A DNA stretch of 64,000 bases, taken from Bispira polyomma. Taxonomy: Eukaryota. The notes under the pieces are model-generated. The model did no database searches. It saw only the letters and a list, made by a program, of their open reading frames with translations, and was not told the origin of the DNA. Shown here piece by piece: positions 12,971 through 25,408 of this stretch. The first letter of the stretch is position 1. Every line of letters starts with the position of its first letter. The stretch covers positions 33,852,001 to 33,916,000 of the forward strand of contig OZ287756.1 in NCBI GenBank assembly GCA_965649765.1, read 5' to 3'. A program made the translations under genes and the position numbers.

Positions 12971-13970
12971 CAGGCTCTACCAACCTCAGCAGCCAATTTG
13001 TAGCCTCAGCCTGGAACAGAATTGACACTGCCGTCAGACCAAAGACAGCTAGTGCTTACAAGTCACAATTTAATACCGTTCTGGAATTTAATTATTTTGT
13101 TGGCATTTATCAAGTAACGGTACATTCTAGTATTTCTAGAGTATCTGGTTCAAGCAGGGTTATCACCCAGGGCTATAAACAACTATTTAGCTACCATTAA
13201 ATACATGATACAAAAATATCAACTAGACCCTACACCATTATCACACAAATACATTCAATTATTCTTGAGAAGCTTGACACATAATTCAGCTTTCAAGCCA
13301 AAACACAAAGGCATTTTCGACATACAACAACTGGCTAGTATTTCCAAGGCGTGCAATATTCTGGAAGATCCATTATTGTTCACTGCTATATTCCTCATGG
13401 CATTTTTTGCTTTTTTGAGACTGTCTAGCATAGCAGCACACTCAAAATCGGCCTTTGACCCTACCAGACATTTCCTTAGGCAAGACCTATTATTTAGACC
13501 ACCTGGGGCACATATAACACTTAAGTGGGCGAAAAACTTACAAAACAGATCTGACACACACATAATACAGATTCCTGAACTTCACAATACTATATTGTGC
13601 CCTGTATTAGCTTTAAGAAAATTGCTTGCTTCCAGGAATCTTGCACATAAAGCACCTTTTTGCAATGGCTACCCCACTTTTCTACCCTGTGGTGGATTCT
13701 CACGTGAGGGCAGCTCTTCAAAAAATTTTAGAACACATTGGCATTGAATACAAATCACATGGCTCCCATAGTTTTCGAAGATCTGGAGCTACATATGCAT
13801 TCAACAATAATGTTTCATTACAGAATATAATGTCACATGGCTTGTGGAGGTCTTCAGCTGTATGGACCTACTTGCAACAGACTTCAGAAGCAGCTTCTGT
13901 TGTCCCCCTCACTTTTGCTTCCACCATTCCTCCTTCCTCTTATTTGGGCTTGGGTGTCAAACAATTTTAA
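12971..13970 (+). pseudogene. E1 tyrosine recombinase, frameshifts near 13125 and 13657
   Basis: FLRLSS (Arg), KWAKN, CPV, HSFRRSGA, HGLWRS, AVWTY. Confidence 0.9.
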
Positions 13971-14141
13971 AATAATTTTAAACTTTTTATTACTTTACAT
14001 CTTATCTGTACATGTACATATATACTAACGTGTAAAAAATAAAATCCTCAAACAGAGTTTCATTGACTTATAAATTCATTCCAACAAACTTCTTTGGGAA
14101 TCATCTTAACTTATTGCTTTCACATCTTAGAACTTGGACTG
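13952..14141 (+). repeat. E1 repeat B1 (190 bp)
   Basis: Matches 15639-15709 + 16206-16324. Confidence 0.92.
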
Positions 14142-14350
14142 TGCACAACACGACTACCCTAGGGGTCTGTTAGTTCAGTCCAACATAAGATTTATCCAAC
14201 CTTAAAAATTTTAGGTTACACATAACCTTTATTTTCCTGTTTATGTGACAACCTCCAATCAAATTCAAGCTTAGTCACCCATGACCGCTCCCCTCCATTC
14301 TCTTAGCATTATTTACTCGAGATTTGAACGAGCAACACAGACATTTTGAA
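14140..14350 (+). repeat. E1 repeat A2
   Basis: Direct copy of 8618-8828, abutting B1 at gac-TG-tgc. Confidence 0.95.
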
Positions 14351-14799
14351 CCCACCACCTCCCCTTACCACAGCAGAGTATATGTGATTGAGGGACAGCT
14401 TAGGGGCGAGTTGAGCCTTGTTCGTGTCGCGTTCGGTTCCTGCTTCCATAAACTTACCTTTGGCGTGGCTGCCAAAGGAATTCGGAGCTCTGCGAGCAGG
14501 GACCGGCCGGGGCTAGGCGAGTCGGTGCCGCAGGTCCGGGGTTCAATCCGTTCCGGGCTGGTTGATTGCCTTCCAATATTGTAGTTGGAATTTGGTATGG
14601 TTTATCGTAGTTCATTTGTACACTTCTTTGAAAAATTTTGAGTTTCCAGAGGGATCTTACTCATTCCATTGTTATAATAAGGCCAAGTCACCCATTGCTT
14701 GACCTTGTGAATTAGGGATAACTAAGTTAGGGGTATGGCTATGTTAATGGTAAAATTACTGGTTTAGTTACATCTTATCCCTTCCTTAAGGTTATTCCT

Positions 14800-15086
14800 C
14801 ACCTACAGGACGTAGAGTAATATAGACTGACTCTAGGGTAGCTGGGCACTCTTAGGCTGTCGCTAATGTCAGAAGTTCGCTTCAAGTACTTCAATAAATG
14901 ATAAAATATACTTATAAACTGCAGTGCACTAGTATTGCTAAAAATACAAAAATTTAACAATTTAGATTCGAACACCATTTATTTTCCCTTTTTCCCACCT
15001 ACAGGATGTAGAGTAATATAGACCGGCTCCAAGGGAGCTGGGCACTCTTGGGCGGTCGCCATTTTTAGAAACTTGCTTCAAGTATT
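14800..15086 (+). repeat. ~92-bp direct repeat pair in the E1 spacer (14800-14891, 14996-15086)
   Basis: cacctacagga.gtagagtaatatagac...gctgggcactctt.ggc.gtcgc occurs twice. Confidence 0.85.
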
Positions 15087-15410
15087 TAAAAATTGCTGGA
15101 TATGTAGATGATGTATGTGATTATAAATATGTGTAATTAGTTGTTTTAGTAAGGCAACTTTATTTGAATGGCCATGATTATGGCTTGATTATTGCCCAGT
15201 ACAGGGGTAATAATGTTTATTCTAACAATCAGTTTATGCCAGGTTTATGGCCATGTACTGGGTTATGAACTAGTTCGCTAGTATGTTCAGGGGAAAAGAT
15301 TCGGTTAGGCATTGCCTTATGGATATATAACACACCCTATGCTTCTGTTATGTCAAAGTCGAGTTATAATGGGGCTAGTCCCTCAGATTTTAACGAAGTT
15401 ATTTTAATTA

Positions 15411-15558
15411 TCTTAGTATACTATTATTATGTTGCTGGTAGTAATTACTTGTATAAACACTATATAACATTATAGTATTATGTCTTAGTATACTATTATT
15501 ATGTTGCTGGTAGTAATTACTTAGATAAACACTATATAACATTATAGTATTATGTCTT
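15411..15558 (+). repeat. 72-bp tandem duplication
   Basis: tcttagtatactattattatgttgctggtagtaattactt... occurs twice. Confidence 0.9.
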
Positions 15559-15638
15559 GCATACATGATCCTACTGTATTATTTGATGAAGGGATCTTAA
15601 TGTTAATATTCTATGTTATTGGCACGGCACTTGTTAGC

Positions 15639-16324
15639 GGGTGTCAAAAAATTTCAAAATAATTTTAAAATTTTTATTACTTTACATCTTATCTGTACAT
15701 GTACATATAATCTAATCTAATCTAGTTGTACTTTTATAGCGCTTAATCTTTGTACAACAAATTCTAAGGCGCAACAAACCCAAAACGTTAATCGAAAATT
15801 AAAAATAGTGGGCGGATGGAAGTCGTAACCAGGGAGACTACCGTAAATGGTTGCGACGGCTAAGGTGGAAAAGCCTGTTCAAAAAGATAGGCCTTCAGCT
15901 TACTCCTGAAAGAGGAGAAAGTTTGAGCCAGGCGAACATGATCAGGTAGGCTGTTCCAAATGAGGGGGCCATCATGAGCTAGGCAGTGATTGAACTGAAC
16001 TTTGGATTTGTGGATGCGAGGGTCGAAAGTGGGAATGTTAAGGTATATTTTATCAGGGTTACTGCGCCTTGTCCTGACTGAGCATGCATATTTGGATAGA
16101 TGGGGGCTAAAATAAGTGGGTAATCCAGAATTTAGAAATTTATATATTATTGTTGCTGTTTTGAAAGCAACACGATATTTTATTGAGAGCCAGTGTATAC
16201 ATATATACTAACGTGTAAAAAATGAAATCCTCAAACAGAGTTTCATTGACTTATAAATTCATTCCAACAAACTTCTTTGGGAATCATCTTAACTTATTGC
16301 TTTCACATTTTAGAACTTGGACTG
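15639..16324 (+). repeat. E1 repeat B2, split by a LINE insertion
   Basis: 71 bp + 119 bp reconstitute the 190-bp B repeat. Confidence 0.9.
15710..16197 (-). mobile_element. 5'-truncated L2/CR1-clade LINE with 8-bp TSD tacatata
   Basis: Minus strand encodes HWLSIKYRVAFKTATIIYKFL...WNSLPDHVR; (TAGAT)n tail; TSD at 15702-15709 and 16198-16205. Confidence 0.88.
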
Positions 16325-16669
16325 AATTATACATCCCCACCAACCTGCCTGTGTAAGACATTACTATTTCTCCATATGAGACACTATCAAAATGTTACAC
16401 TTCTAGACTGTCTAACTACCTCATCCATCAGTAATTTCACTAGCAGCTACATGTTTGACATTACCTTTTACATAGTTTTCCACTCAGCTAGCCCATGTAT
16501 AGATTGGATAGAATCATGTACTTTTTCTAGCATCAGTTCCGCTCACGTCTGGCATCTAGCAGAATTTGGGTTATCATCATTTAATAGATTATAGGTTTGT
16601 CTGTATACATCCATGCCAGTCTTTATAGCACATTATGATTACTCTATATCATACTTGTTTTACTTCCAG

Positions 16670-16810
16670 ACAGTCCAGCTAAAACCTATGGCATTGGTTG
16701 TAAAAGTTGTTCAAAGCAGTGCAAAGATGCTGAATGTGAAAAGTACTTGGAAACAATGGAGTGTAGCAATGGGTGTGAAGCAGGATATACAGATAGTGAC
16801 TGTTCAGTGG
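16670..16810 (+). CDS. EGF-like exon 4 (paralog of exon 2)
   Basis: ttccag acceptor, g|gtcag donor, 141 nt; first Cys replaced by Ser. Confidence 0.8.
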
Positions 16811-17080
16811 GTCAGTGCTAGCCATACTTCTTCTATTTTAATACTCCCATAGCAATCAGTAAATAGGCTTATAAATAATACTTACAAACTACTTGTTCAA
16901 ATACGCTGTAAAACACAATGTAACCTCCAAGAGTACAGCGCATGCTAAATATTGGTCTCTTTTTTGGTAAATAACAGCTATACATATCTGCAAGTGCTGA
17001 TTATTTAATATATAATGACAAAATAAATAGTTTATTTGCACTTGACAGAGTTGTTATTGTACGGCATTTTATCACCACAG

Positions 17081-17221
17081 AATGCCCGGATAACACTTTT
17101 GGTATAGAATGTCAAGCCTGTTCTTCAAACTGTTTGATGACACAATGTGAGAAGTTTTCAGATACACTGGTCTGTACAGAAGGGTGTATAGCTGGTCATA
17201 CTGGGATTAACTGCTCATCAA
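17081..17221 (+). CDS. EGF-like exon 5 (CPDNTFGIECQACSSNC...CIAGHTGINC)
   Basis: ccacag acceptor, a|gtaag donor, 141 nt. Confidence 0.85.
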
Positions 17222-18157
17222 GTAAGTAGCACAACAGGGTTATAGCAAGTGGCTCGAATGGCCAACTTTGGGAATATTTACATAGTCGTGCTCATCTCTC
17301 TGCCAATTGTAAATGTCAGTATCCAAAGCATTTAGCACCTAAATGTTGTGTCCACAAACAGGTACAAACTGTACTGCATAGTGGACTACCTTATCATGTA
17401 CACACCATTATATTACTCACATATTTTCTTTCTATCTGGGTCTCTAGCTGGTAGTTTCCATGATAAATTTACCAAATAATAGTAATTGATACTAAACAAC
17501 TAAATGAGTGTAAGGGAAGAAGTTGTGTTATGGGGCTAGGACTCACCTCTAATCATTATTGTCGTAGATTTAAAACAAGGTCATGGCATCTACATGAAAA
17601 AGTAGGCAGTTGCTGCAGACATATGGTTTATAGAGCAAAAAGCCAGACATACCCCCTTTTACCACCCTTCAACTACCAGTAAACTGCTCATCTTTATATA
17701 TCATAAGCATATGGAAAGGGATATTCAACTCTAAATATAAACAAAATTGAAAGCAGTACTAAAAATTAATAAAAGAAAATAGAATGACTATGAATGTGGC
17801 AATTTATGGTTCTATTTTCTTTGGAAATCTTTACTGGACATAACTAGTGGACCCCCAGTTTAAAAAGTCCCCTGCAACCTATGTATTTATTGTAGCCAAT
17901 AAATCCTATATGTAAGCCTATATGTCTTACTACAGTACTTTGGTGATCATAGAGGCCAGGTCTGTAGTTAGCAAATACTATTAAAGCTATTAAATTTAAA
18001 GTGCACCATATGGTGTGGTTTTGTGGATTTCTAACATACACATCACGTTTTTTTTCATATAAGCCTTACAACACCAGCTGTAAAATTGTGGTCACTTCAT
18101 TCAACTGAATCTGAAATATCCTTTGTGTAAGAATGTATATTGTGTGTTACTTTTCAG

Positions 18158-18298
18158 CTTGCCCGGGTGATACATATGGCATTGGGTGTCTGGCTTGTTC
18201 AGAGCAATGTAAAACTCTCAAGTGTGAAAAGTTTGTCGAGGTACTTCAGTGCACAGATGGATGTACCCCGGGGTACACTGGAGAGAGGTGTCAACAGG
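18158..18298 (+). CDS. EGF-like exon 6 (CPGDTYGIGCLACSEQC...CTPGYTGERC)
   Basis: ttttcag acceptor, g|gtaag donor, 141 nt. Confidence 0.85.
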
Positions 18299-18984
18299 GT
18301 AAGTGTCAATAGGAATATTGACCCTTGACTATTGTATAAAGGTAGCCTCTTGTCAGAAGTGGTATGTTTAAAAGGTTGATCTCTATGAAATGACTGTATT
18401 GTTCTTCGAAAATTAATTTTAGGTACTTTCCAAAATAAACTTGAACATAAGAAAAAACAAACATTTTTAGTGATAGTTCAATTTATATAGATCTCCAAAA
18501 TAAAACATGGCTCATAATAAATATAAATTGGAACAAATTTCATTGAAAAATGTTTTTGGTTCTGTTGTACATGTATATATTGCGTTTTTGGCCAGATGGC
18601 CAATGATGGCCATCTAGCTTATAGGAGAGGGGGGTGTATATATGGAAGAATTTGATGAAATATGTGTCCACAACGTAATGTCTGAAACTATAAACAGTTG
18701 TCACTTCATATTTACAGAATATGTTTGGCATGGTCTGTAGATGTTTTAAAATGATTTTTAGAATCCTGTGGGTGCTACTTTTAAAGTTATAAGCCAAAAT
18801 GTACTAATTTCAAGGGGGAATGGGGGGACTGTACAAACTACAGCTTGGGAGCCCACAACTACAAACACACAGAGGATACTCTTACCATTTGTGTGTGTTG
18901 TGGGAGGCACTTATTTATACACACACAGAGAAAACTCAGGGGGGGGGGGAGTTTTATATTTATTGAATCATCTATTGTCAGTTT

Positions 18985-20007
18985 GATATTCCCTCTGCAT
19001 GGCAATACCAAGGTGTGAAACAAGAGTAGTAAAAGATAGCTATAATTTTGGCCATTTTATTCACTACCTTATGACACAGAAACATGACATCACAGTATTT
19101 TAGTATTATTAACCACATTAATATAATTTTATACACTTGGTACAAATAAAAGTGGCTGACCCCCACATATAAATACTAACTAAAACACTATAACACTAAA
19201 ACAATTATAAAGGTTGAGGGTGGGAGGGGAAAAGATACCAATGTGAGGTTATGTCAGTCCTCACTTAAATAAAAGTATTAACATTGGTATCAAATTTAAA
19301 ACTGAAGTTTGACGCCAGATTTCCAGTATATATACACAAGCCCTGTCTGGGCCAAAGATCTGCGAGTTATATTTTTTAATTGGACCATAGCTTGAATTGA
19401 ATAGCTGTCCAATTCAGACAGTTCACCCTCAACCTTTTTACACCCATTTTGAAGCCGCTACTGTAAACCTGTAGCACACGCTAAAATACTAATCTGCTAC
19501 CCATATAACCAGACCACACACAATTATATTATAAGAGGCGCATTTTCTTGATACATAATTTACACACAAGACTAACTCACACATATATATACTACTTATG
19601 TCCTAAAGATGAAGCCACTACCGTAATACTACAATTTATGGCAAGGGCAGGACTAATTTATTAAGCTTGACCTCACAGCGTAATTACCGTCATCTGTATA
19701 ATTAAAGTGAAAAGTCAAAGTTTAGGGTTTTTAGGCCCACAGCAGTTGTCACTTGTTGGAGTGAGCCATAATCTGTCATACAACTGAACTTAATTGGAAC
19801 CACTCAAGCCACAGTCTGATATCCCTTCCGCATGGCAAAACAAAGGTTTGAAACAAGAGTAATAAAAGATGGATATAATTTAAGCCATTTTATTCACTAC
19901 ATTATGACATACAAATATTACATCACATGACATATTAGTATTTTAGTATTATTAACCACAGTAATATAATTTTATACACATGATAGCAAATAAAGTGGCT
20001 GACCCCA
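18985..20007. repeat. diverged ~185-bp direct repeats (18985-19165, 19818-20007)
   Basis: gcatggcaa...aacaagagta.taaaagat...aaagtggctgacccc occurs in both. Confidence 0.8.
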
Positions 20008-20214
20008 GTGCTTGTTTGGGCATAAAATTACTGTAGATTAAAAAACTGTTATTCATTCCCCATATCAAAAGCCACCTCTCGGTATGTACTGAATTATTTG
20101 TTGACACAAAAGTCGAAATAATTTCAGAATTACTGATTTTCAGCTGGATGCTATTATTACACATGCCCATTTGCATGTTTTCAGCAATAATTGCTTATTA
20201 TTTCTGTCTTTCAG

Positions 20215-20385
20215 AATGTTCACCAGGTACCTTTGGTCTGAAGTGTATGCATCTCTGTTTCCCTAACTGTAAAGATAGTTGTCATCATGTCGATGGTTCT
20301 TGTAGAGCTGGTTGTGAGGAGGGATGGACTGGGGAAAAGTGTGAAAATAAACATCAACAAGATCAGCAAACTGAAGTCCATAACA
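20215..20385 (+). CDS. EGF-like exon 7 plus stalk (CSPGTFGLKCMHLCFPNCKDSCHHVDGSCRAGCEEGWTGEKC)
   Basis: tttcag acceptor, a|gtcagt phase-1 donor; classic MEGF10-type repeat. Confidence 0.8.
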
Positions 20386-20504
20386 GTCAGTGACATTATA
20401 CATTATATTAAGCATAAAAATGCTCTTTGTCAGTAAAAATCATTTCATTTGTAGCAATGTACAATATACACAAATTATTTACTTTCCTATGCATGATATT
20501 ACTT

Positions 20505-20990
20505 TCTTACGTATCCTCTTCGCTCTTCTTGGAGGATAAGGCGAGAAGCACTTGTTTCCACTTTGGTTTGTCTTTGCCTGCAGCCTCTGTTTCTAACCAG
20601 TTACTTCACTCCATTTCTCTTTCTTTCAACTGTCCTTCTCCTTGTTTATCTGTGTCTTCATTATTTTTTTTTGCCTTTAGTGGACCATGTCATTGTTACT
20701 ATCATATCATTTTCTCCTCTTAAAATGTGCCAGTGGTATTTCCATCGCCTCTTTAGACTAATTTCCATGGACTGATTTTTTCTTTTTGCATGATATGTCA
20801 CAAATTAAAGGTTAAGTAGGTTGCTGACACCAGTATACTCCCACTCCCATACTTTGTTAGCAACAAAATGTGAATGATTATCTCATTGCCAAAGTGAGAG
20901 GATGGGTGTTTAAGAGATGCTCTTCTTACATGCTTTAATAGAGCACAAATAATTGACAGAAAACACGTCTTATATTTCCTGATCAATACG
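20505..20990 (-). mobile_element. RTE-clade LINE 3' fragment
   Basis: Minus strand gives RRWKYHWHILR...TW...RRRTVERE...KDKPKWKQVLLAL, the RTE ORF C-terminal pattern. Confidence 0.6.
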
Positions 20991-21012
20991 GTTGCATATA
21001 TAAGGCCCAAAC

Positions 21013-21606
21013 AATTATAGCTAAAATAATTCACTGATATTTTACAACTTACTGATTATACAATTTGGATTAGTTTGATTTAAACATTGTTTTTAAACAA
21101 AATTGTGTCATAATATGATGGGCAGTTGACTAGTGAAGGAAATCAGAATTGGATAGGGGTCAAGTGCTTTTGTTTCTTCTTGTTTTTACAAACAATTAAC
21201 CTTCAAAAAGTATACGACAAGCTTTCCTACATGTACAATAGAACCAGGATTAAAATCTACAACATCGGAGGTGGGAGCATGTTTGATGCCATTTCACCAC
21301 TAAGGATTTAAATTATAGCCAAAATAATTCACTGATATTTTACAACTTACTGATTATACAATTTGGATTAGTTTGATTTAAACATTGTTTTTAAACAAAA
21401 TTGTGTCATATCATGATGGGCAGTTGACTGGTGAAGGAAATCAGAATTGGATAGGGGTCAAGTATTTTTGTTTCTTCTTGTTTTACAAACACTAACCTTC
21501 AAAAAGTATACTACAAACTTTCCTACATGTACAATAGAACCAGGATTAAAATCTACAACATCGGAGGTGGGAGCATGTTTAATGCTACTTCACCACTAAG
21601 GATTTA
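21013..21606 (+). repeat. 298-bp tandem duplication (21013-21310, 21311-21606)
   Basis: Near-identical adjacent copies. Confidence 0.95.
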
Positions 21607-21715
21607 CCTCTGTGGATTATAATATATTACTATTATATGCAAGTAAAAACATAAAACACCGATAAAGTACAGTTGATATTAACATAAATTAATTAGTGTC
21701 CTTTATTTTGAACAG

Positions 21716-22053
21716 ATGCATACATCATTGGTCTGGCCATACCATTAGCAATACTAGCAATTCTGTGTATTGTCTTGACAACATTAATCATATCAAAGAG
21801 ATGCAAAACAGGACAAAGTGGTGCCGGCTGCAGTCAGCAACAGCCAACATTACAGCAACCACATATATATGAGAATAGTATCGGAATTCCTGTTACCAGA
21901 ATGACAGAGGTAAATCAGAAAACTGAGGTCAAGTACGAAGACATCTCTCTCGATCTACATCCCAGCAAAGATGAAGCTGAGAATTATGAAAAGTTGGAGG
22001 ATTTTCAAATGGAGGCGCAAATTAACCAGCTTTATGAGGAACTGAGAAAGTAA
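21716..22053 (+). CDS. last coding exon: TM helix (YIIGLAIPLAILAILCIVLTTLII) and cytoplasmic tail with YENS, YEDI, YEKL, YEEL
   Basis: aacag acceptor in phase 1; hydrophobic stretch followed by KRCK; stop TAA at 22051-22053. Confidence 0.8.
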
Positions 22054-25000
22054 GATTTGCAAACAAGGAACATAATTACACAAAACAATGATTTTACTTT
22101 GTTTACACTTTGCAAAAACTAAAACCTATAATATTTTATTCACCTTTAATTATGTGTCTCAAAAACCTCACTACCATTTTGTCAAAAGCTTTGATTTGGA
22201 GCCACTGATTTTTGTATCTCTAGAATCTATCCACACCACAGCTGTAAACCTGTATAGCTCATTTTTGCTTAGCTGCTACTGGCCTGCTTTGCAATAAAAA
22301 AATGAGGGTTGGTAGTACATATTTTGACATGTTTGGTTCACGCCTTACGACACAGAGGCCCATACATTTGGTAGCTATGCAATACCGTAAACATCTAAAT
22401 TTTAGGGACAGATGAAACATGCCTTCATTGCATTGATTTTAATTATTACTAAAATCAATGTTCTTTCAAACCATTTCTCTTTCTCTGCTGTCTTATGATT
22501 GCATGGCCTCTGGTGTTAAACGTTTACACATTTCTTTATTTTGATTGTTGCACTATTTGATCTACTATAATCACTAATAGTACTAGGTAATATAGGTCAG
22601 AGTAGTTTAGCAGATAATTGCAATGTACAGTCTGCACTCTTATCCAGTAGAATATTACTGAAGAGTTTATTCAAACCCTATTCCACAACTTACGTTTCAT
22701 GGTTATGATACGTAAGAGATAAACTCATCATAGGTTTTGTAAAATATGTAAGTAATGCACAATGTTTCTACATTGTACATACACATAGATTCCCACAATG
22801 TACTCCAAGCTAAAACAGATGGATTCTCTCCTATGGCGTACAGTTTACTTATATATTGTGTAATTAATATGTTTGTAGTGTACCTACACATTCAGTACAC
22901 TTAAAGCTAATATATATCAGGGTTTGTTTAAAGTGTGTCTAACAAAATTAGTATGAATTTTGTATATTATTGTGTCCTTTTTCATAAATTAGTTGTTTTG
23001 GTACTCTAAAATATTTTACAAACATATGCAATAGCTTACAGTGACCATGTTTATATCTGAACAGAACTTCACAAGTGATACTTCTATAAATAATAATTTG
23101 AGGTCACCTTAGCATAGAGTTAGAGTGTGGTCATCCTAATCTGAAATGCTTTAATTTAACTTTAGGTCACTTTTATGTTTGTGACCATAGACTGTATATT
23201 TAAGTATAAATGCTACAAGTACACTATGACTAACACAAATTTGTAAATAAAAGCATTGTCTCTCTAACTGGTTATTTGTTTTTGAGGGTTGACCTATCTG
23301 GACGTCTTGATGATAAGTATTTCACCACAAAATTTGTATACAGAACCTACATAACAAAGTGTACCCCATATATATGGTAGTCTTACAAAATATTTATATT
23401 GTAACATCTCTCTTTGGTGGACTAACTGGCATATTTGTATTTATTGTGAAAAATTAAGAAAAAAAGCTTGGTGCTACATTTATGCAAGTACCAAAACATG
23501 TATATTGAGAAGAGTGATAACTATAATGCACATATAAATATATTCATGAAATATTACTAAGAAAGCACAGGTGTGTATTCATTTCTTGATTCAAAAATCC
23601 TTATTACTTCCCTGTATAGCACTGACAAACCGGTTGTGTCTATATACCCACCTTTCACCTTGTAATACTTGGTGAACAAAAATATCTTAATACATGTATT
23701 CAATATATTGATCTTTGAAACACGATGCTTTTTATTTAAATACAGTAAATGGTCTAATTTTATAAGTTTCCGGATCAATATTCAAACGACCACCACGTAC
23801 AAGTCTGTAACCCTGCCTGGTCCACTGTCATACACATAATGGTCATATAGCATTTGTTTATTCCCATTGGTAAGTTAGGTATTCCCAATTTCATACTTTG
23901 CACTTTGCATAGATGATCAGTTGACTCCCCTGATTATCGTTTCGATACATCTTCAAAAAATTGGTACTCATAAGAACTTAAGCTGGGTTTTGCTCATCTT
24001 TTGACTTACCTTTGATCCATACATCCAGGTTTGTTTGGAACTTTGCATTGAAAAGAACATAAATGTTTTTTTATGAAATTAATCATAATAAATTATGTAT
24101 GACCTTTTGGCTTCACATATTCTAAATTAAGAATAGCTAATTGCAGTTGTGTTGGTTTAAAGGATATGAAAAAGCTACGTTTAAAAGTGGATTCAAGGAT
24201 CAAAAGGGGCAAATCTTACATTTGAGTTAAAAGCAAAAAATATTTTAAATATTTTTTTGCTTAATATATATTAAATAATTAACATAATGCATTAAAATAA
24301 CAGTTTAATTGGAATTAAGTGACATTACAGCTGTTTAATGTGTATAAAAAAATTTGATCCAAAGATCAGCTAAACCTTTTAGATAGAAATGAACAAGTAA
24401 GGCATTTCCTAGTCTTGCGCACTTGCGATGAGGTAGAGGCAGCTGTGTTATCATGAGATATACACTGGTCAAAATAAAATATGACTCAGACATATAAATG
24501 TTGGTAATTTCAAAATTGTGGACAATTTTAATTGTTTTGATATGTATTTCTATTGACACATTTATTTTCACAGGAGAGTTTCAAGTGCTTTTTAAGTAAC
24601 AAGACAATTCTAAAACATATTGGGATATTATTTTGAAACCATCTCTGTAACAAAATAATACATACACTACATTGGTTAAAACTATGTTAGACATCAAAAC
24701 GAGTTTACTACTGACATCTTTTTACTGATGTCGTATTTATACAACAGAATAAGCATTGACACATTACAACTAAGTCCAGTTCACCATGTGACTACTGGCT
24801 GACTTAAAGTTATTCTAAACGCATACATATAATTATACTTTAAGAACCTATAAAACATTATATTTCCCTTGGTGTTTACTGTTTTTTAACCAAAGGAGGG
24901 GTTTTAGTAATGACAGGTAAGTAAAATACTAAAAGTTTGTATAAAGGAACACCCATTACACAATGTTGGTTAAAAGCACTTTAACCATGAGTTTGAGGAG

Positions 25001-25408
25001 GGTGGGGAAATTTGACAGTCCTTTAGTATTCAGTTCTTACAACTGACTTCTCAAGACAGGGGGAGGATTCTATATAGACCAAACGACCAGACAAAGGAAC
25101 AACTCAAAGCAGGGGGCATGAGGAGAATAGTAATAAAAACGCTCCCCAAGAGTAAGATGACTTTGTAAGGCAGTGCCCCAGCATTGGCGCTCTCAGTTCT
25201 GGGGGACCAGTCTACCTTGCAACGCTTCATTGATTGCGGACAGTATATAAGGAAGCTTCTTTTAAATTCCCCGCCATAATAACAATAGCGTTCACAGAAC
25301 AACAAGTTTAAAGCGGACATATTGGAAATTCTTGGAAACTCGATTTTATGTCTGGAAATTTACTTTGGTTTTAGAGTTTTTAGTTCTTTTATACATTTTG
25401 ATGTTATA

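Larger units (their letters stand above)
8618..16324 (+). mobile_element. E1: Ngaro-like tyrosine-recombinase retrotransposon (A1-gag-pol-YR-B1-A2-spacer-B2), intronic, frameshifted
   Basis: Split direct repeats; RT YIDD, RNase H and YR motifs; no methyltransferase domain; TG overlap at both ends. Confidence 0.93.
644..22053 (+). pseudogene. F-type lectin (fucolectin-like) + 7 EGF-like repeats + TM + Tyr-motif tail receptor (MEGF10/SCARF/Draper-like architecture); 5' end probably upstream of the window; lectin exons disrupted
   Basis: Ten AG/GT-bounded, phase-compatible exons: 644-791, 1265-1339, 2116-2253, 5969-6109, 7899-8039, 16670-16810, 17081-17221, 18158-18298, 20215-20385, 21716-22053. 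In-frame TAA at 748-750 and a +1 A in the A6 run at 1281-1286. Confidence 0.75.

Noticed and set aside
14324-14584. Extra ORF in the E1 spacer (some Ngaro elements carry an additional hydrolase ORF)
   Set aside because: 86 aa with a non-ATG start, no motif and no counterpart in E3; explained by local GC richness.
8618-16324. Classification as DIRS1-type, or as a prokaryotic retron/integrase system
   Set aside because: The termini are split direct repeats rather than ITR+ICR, no methyltransferase follows RNase H, and the context is an intron of an animal gene. Ngaro versus PAT still needs an RT phylogeny.
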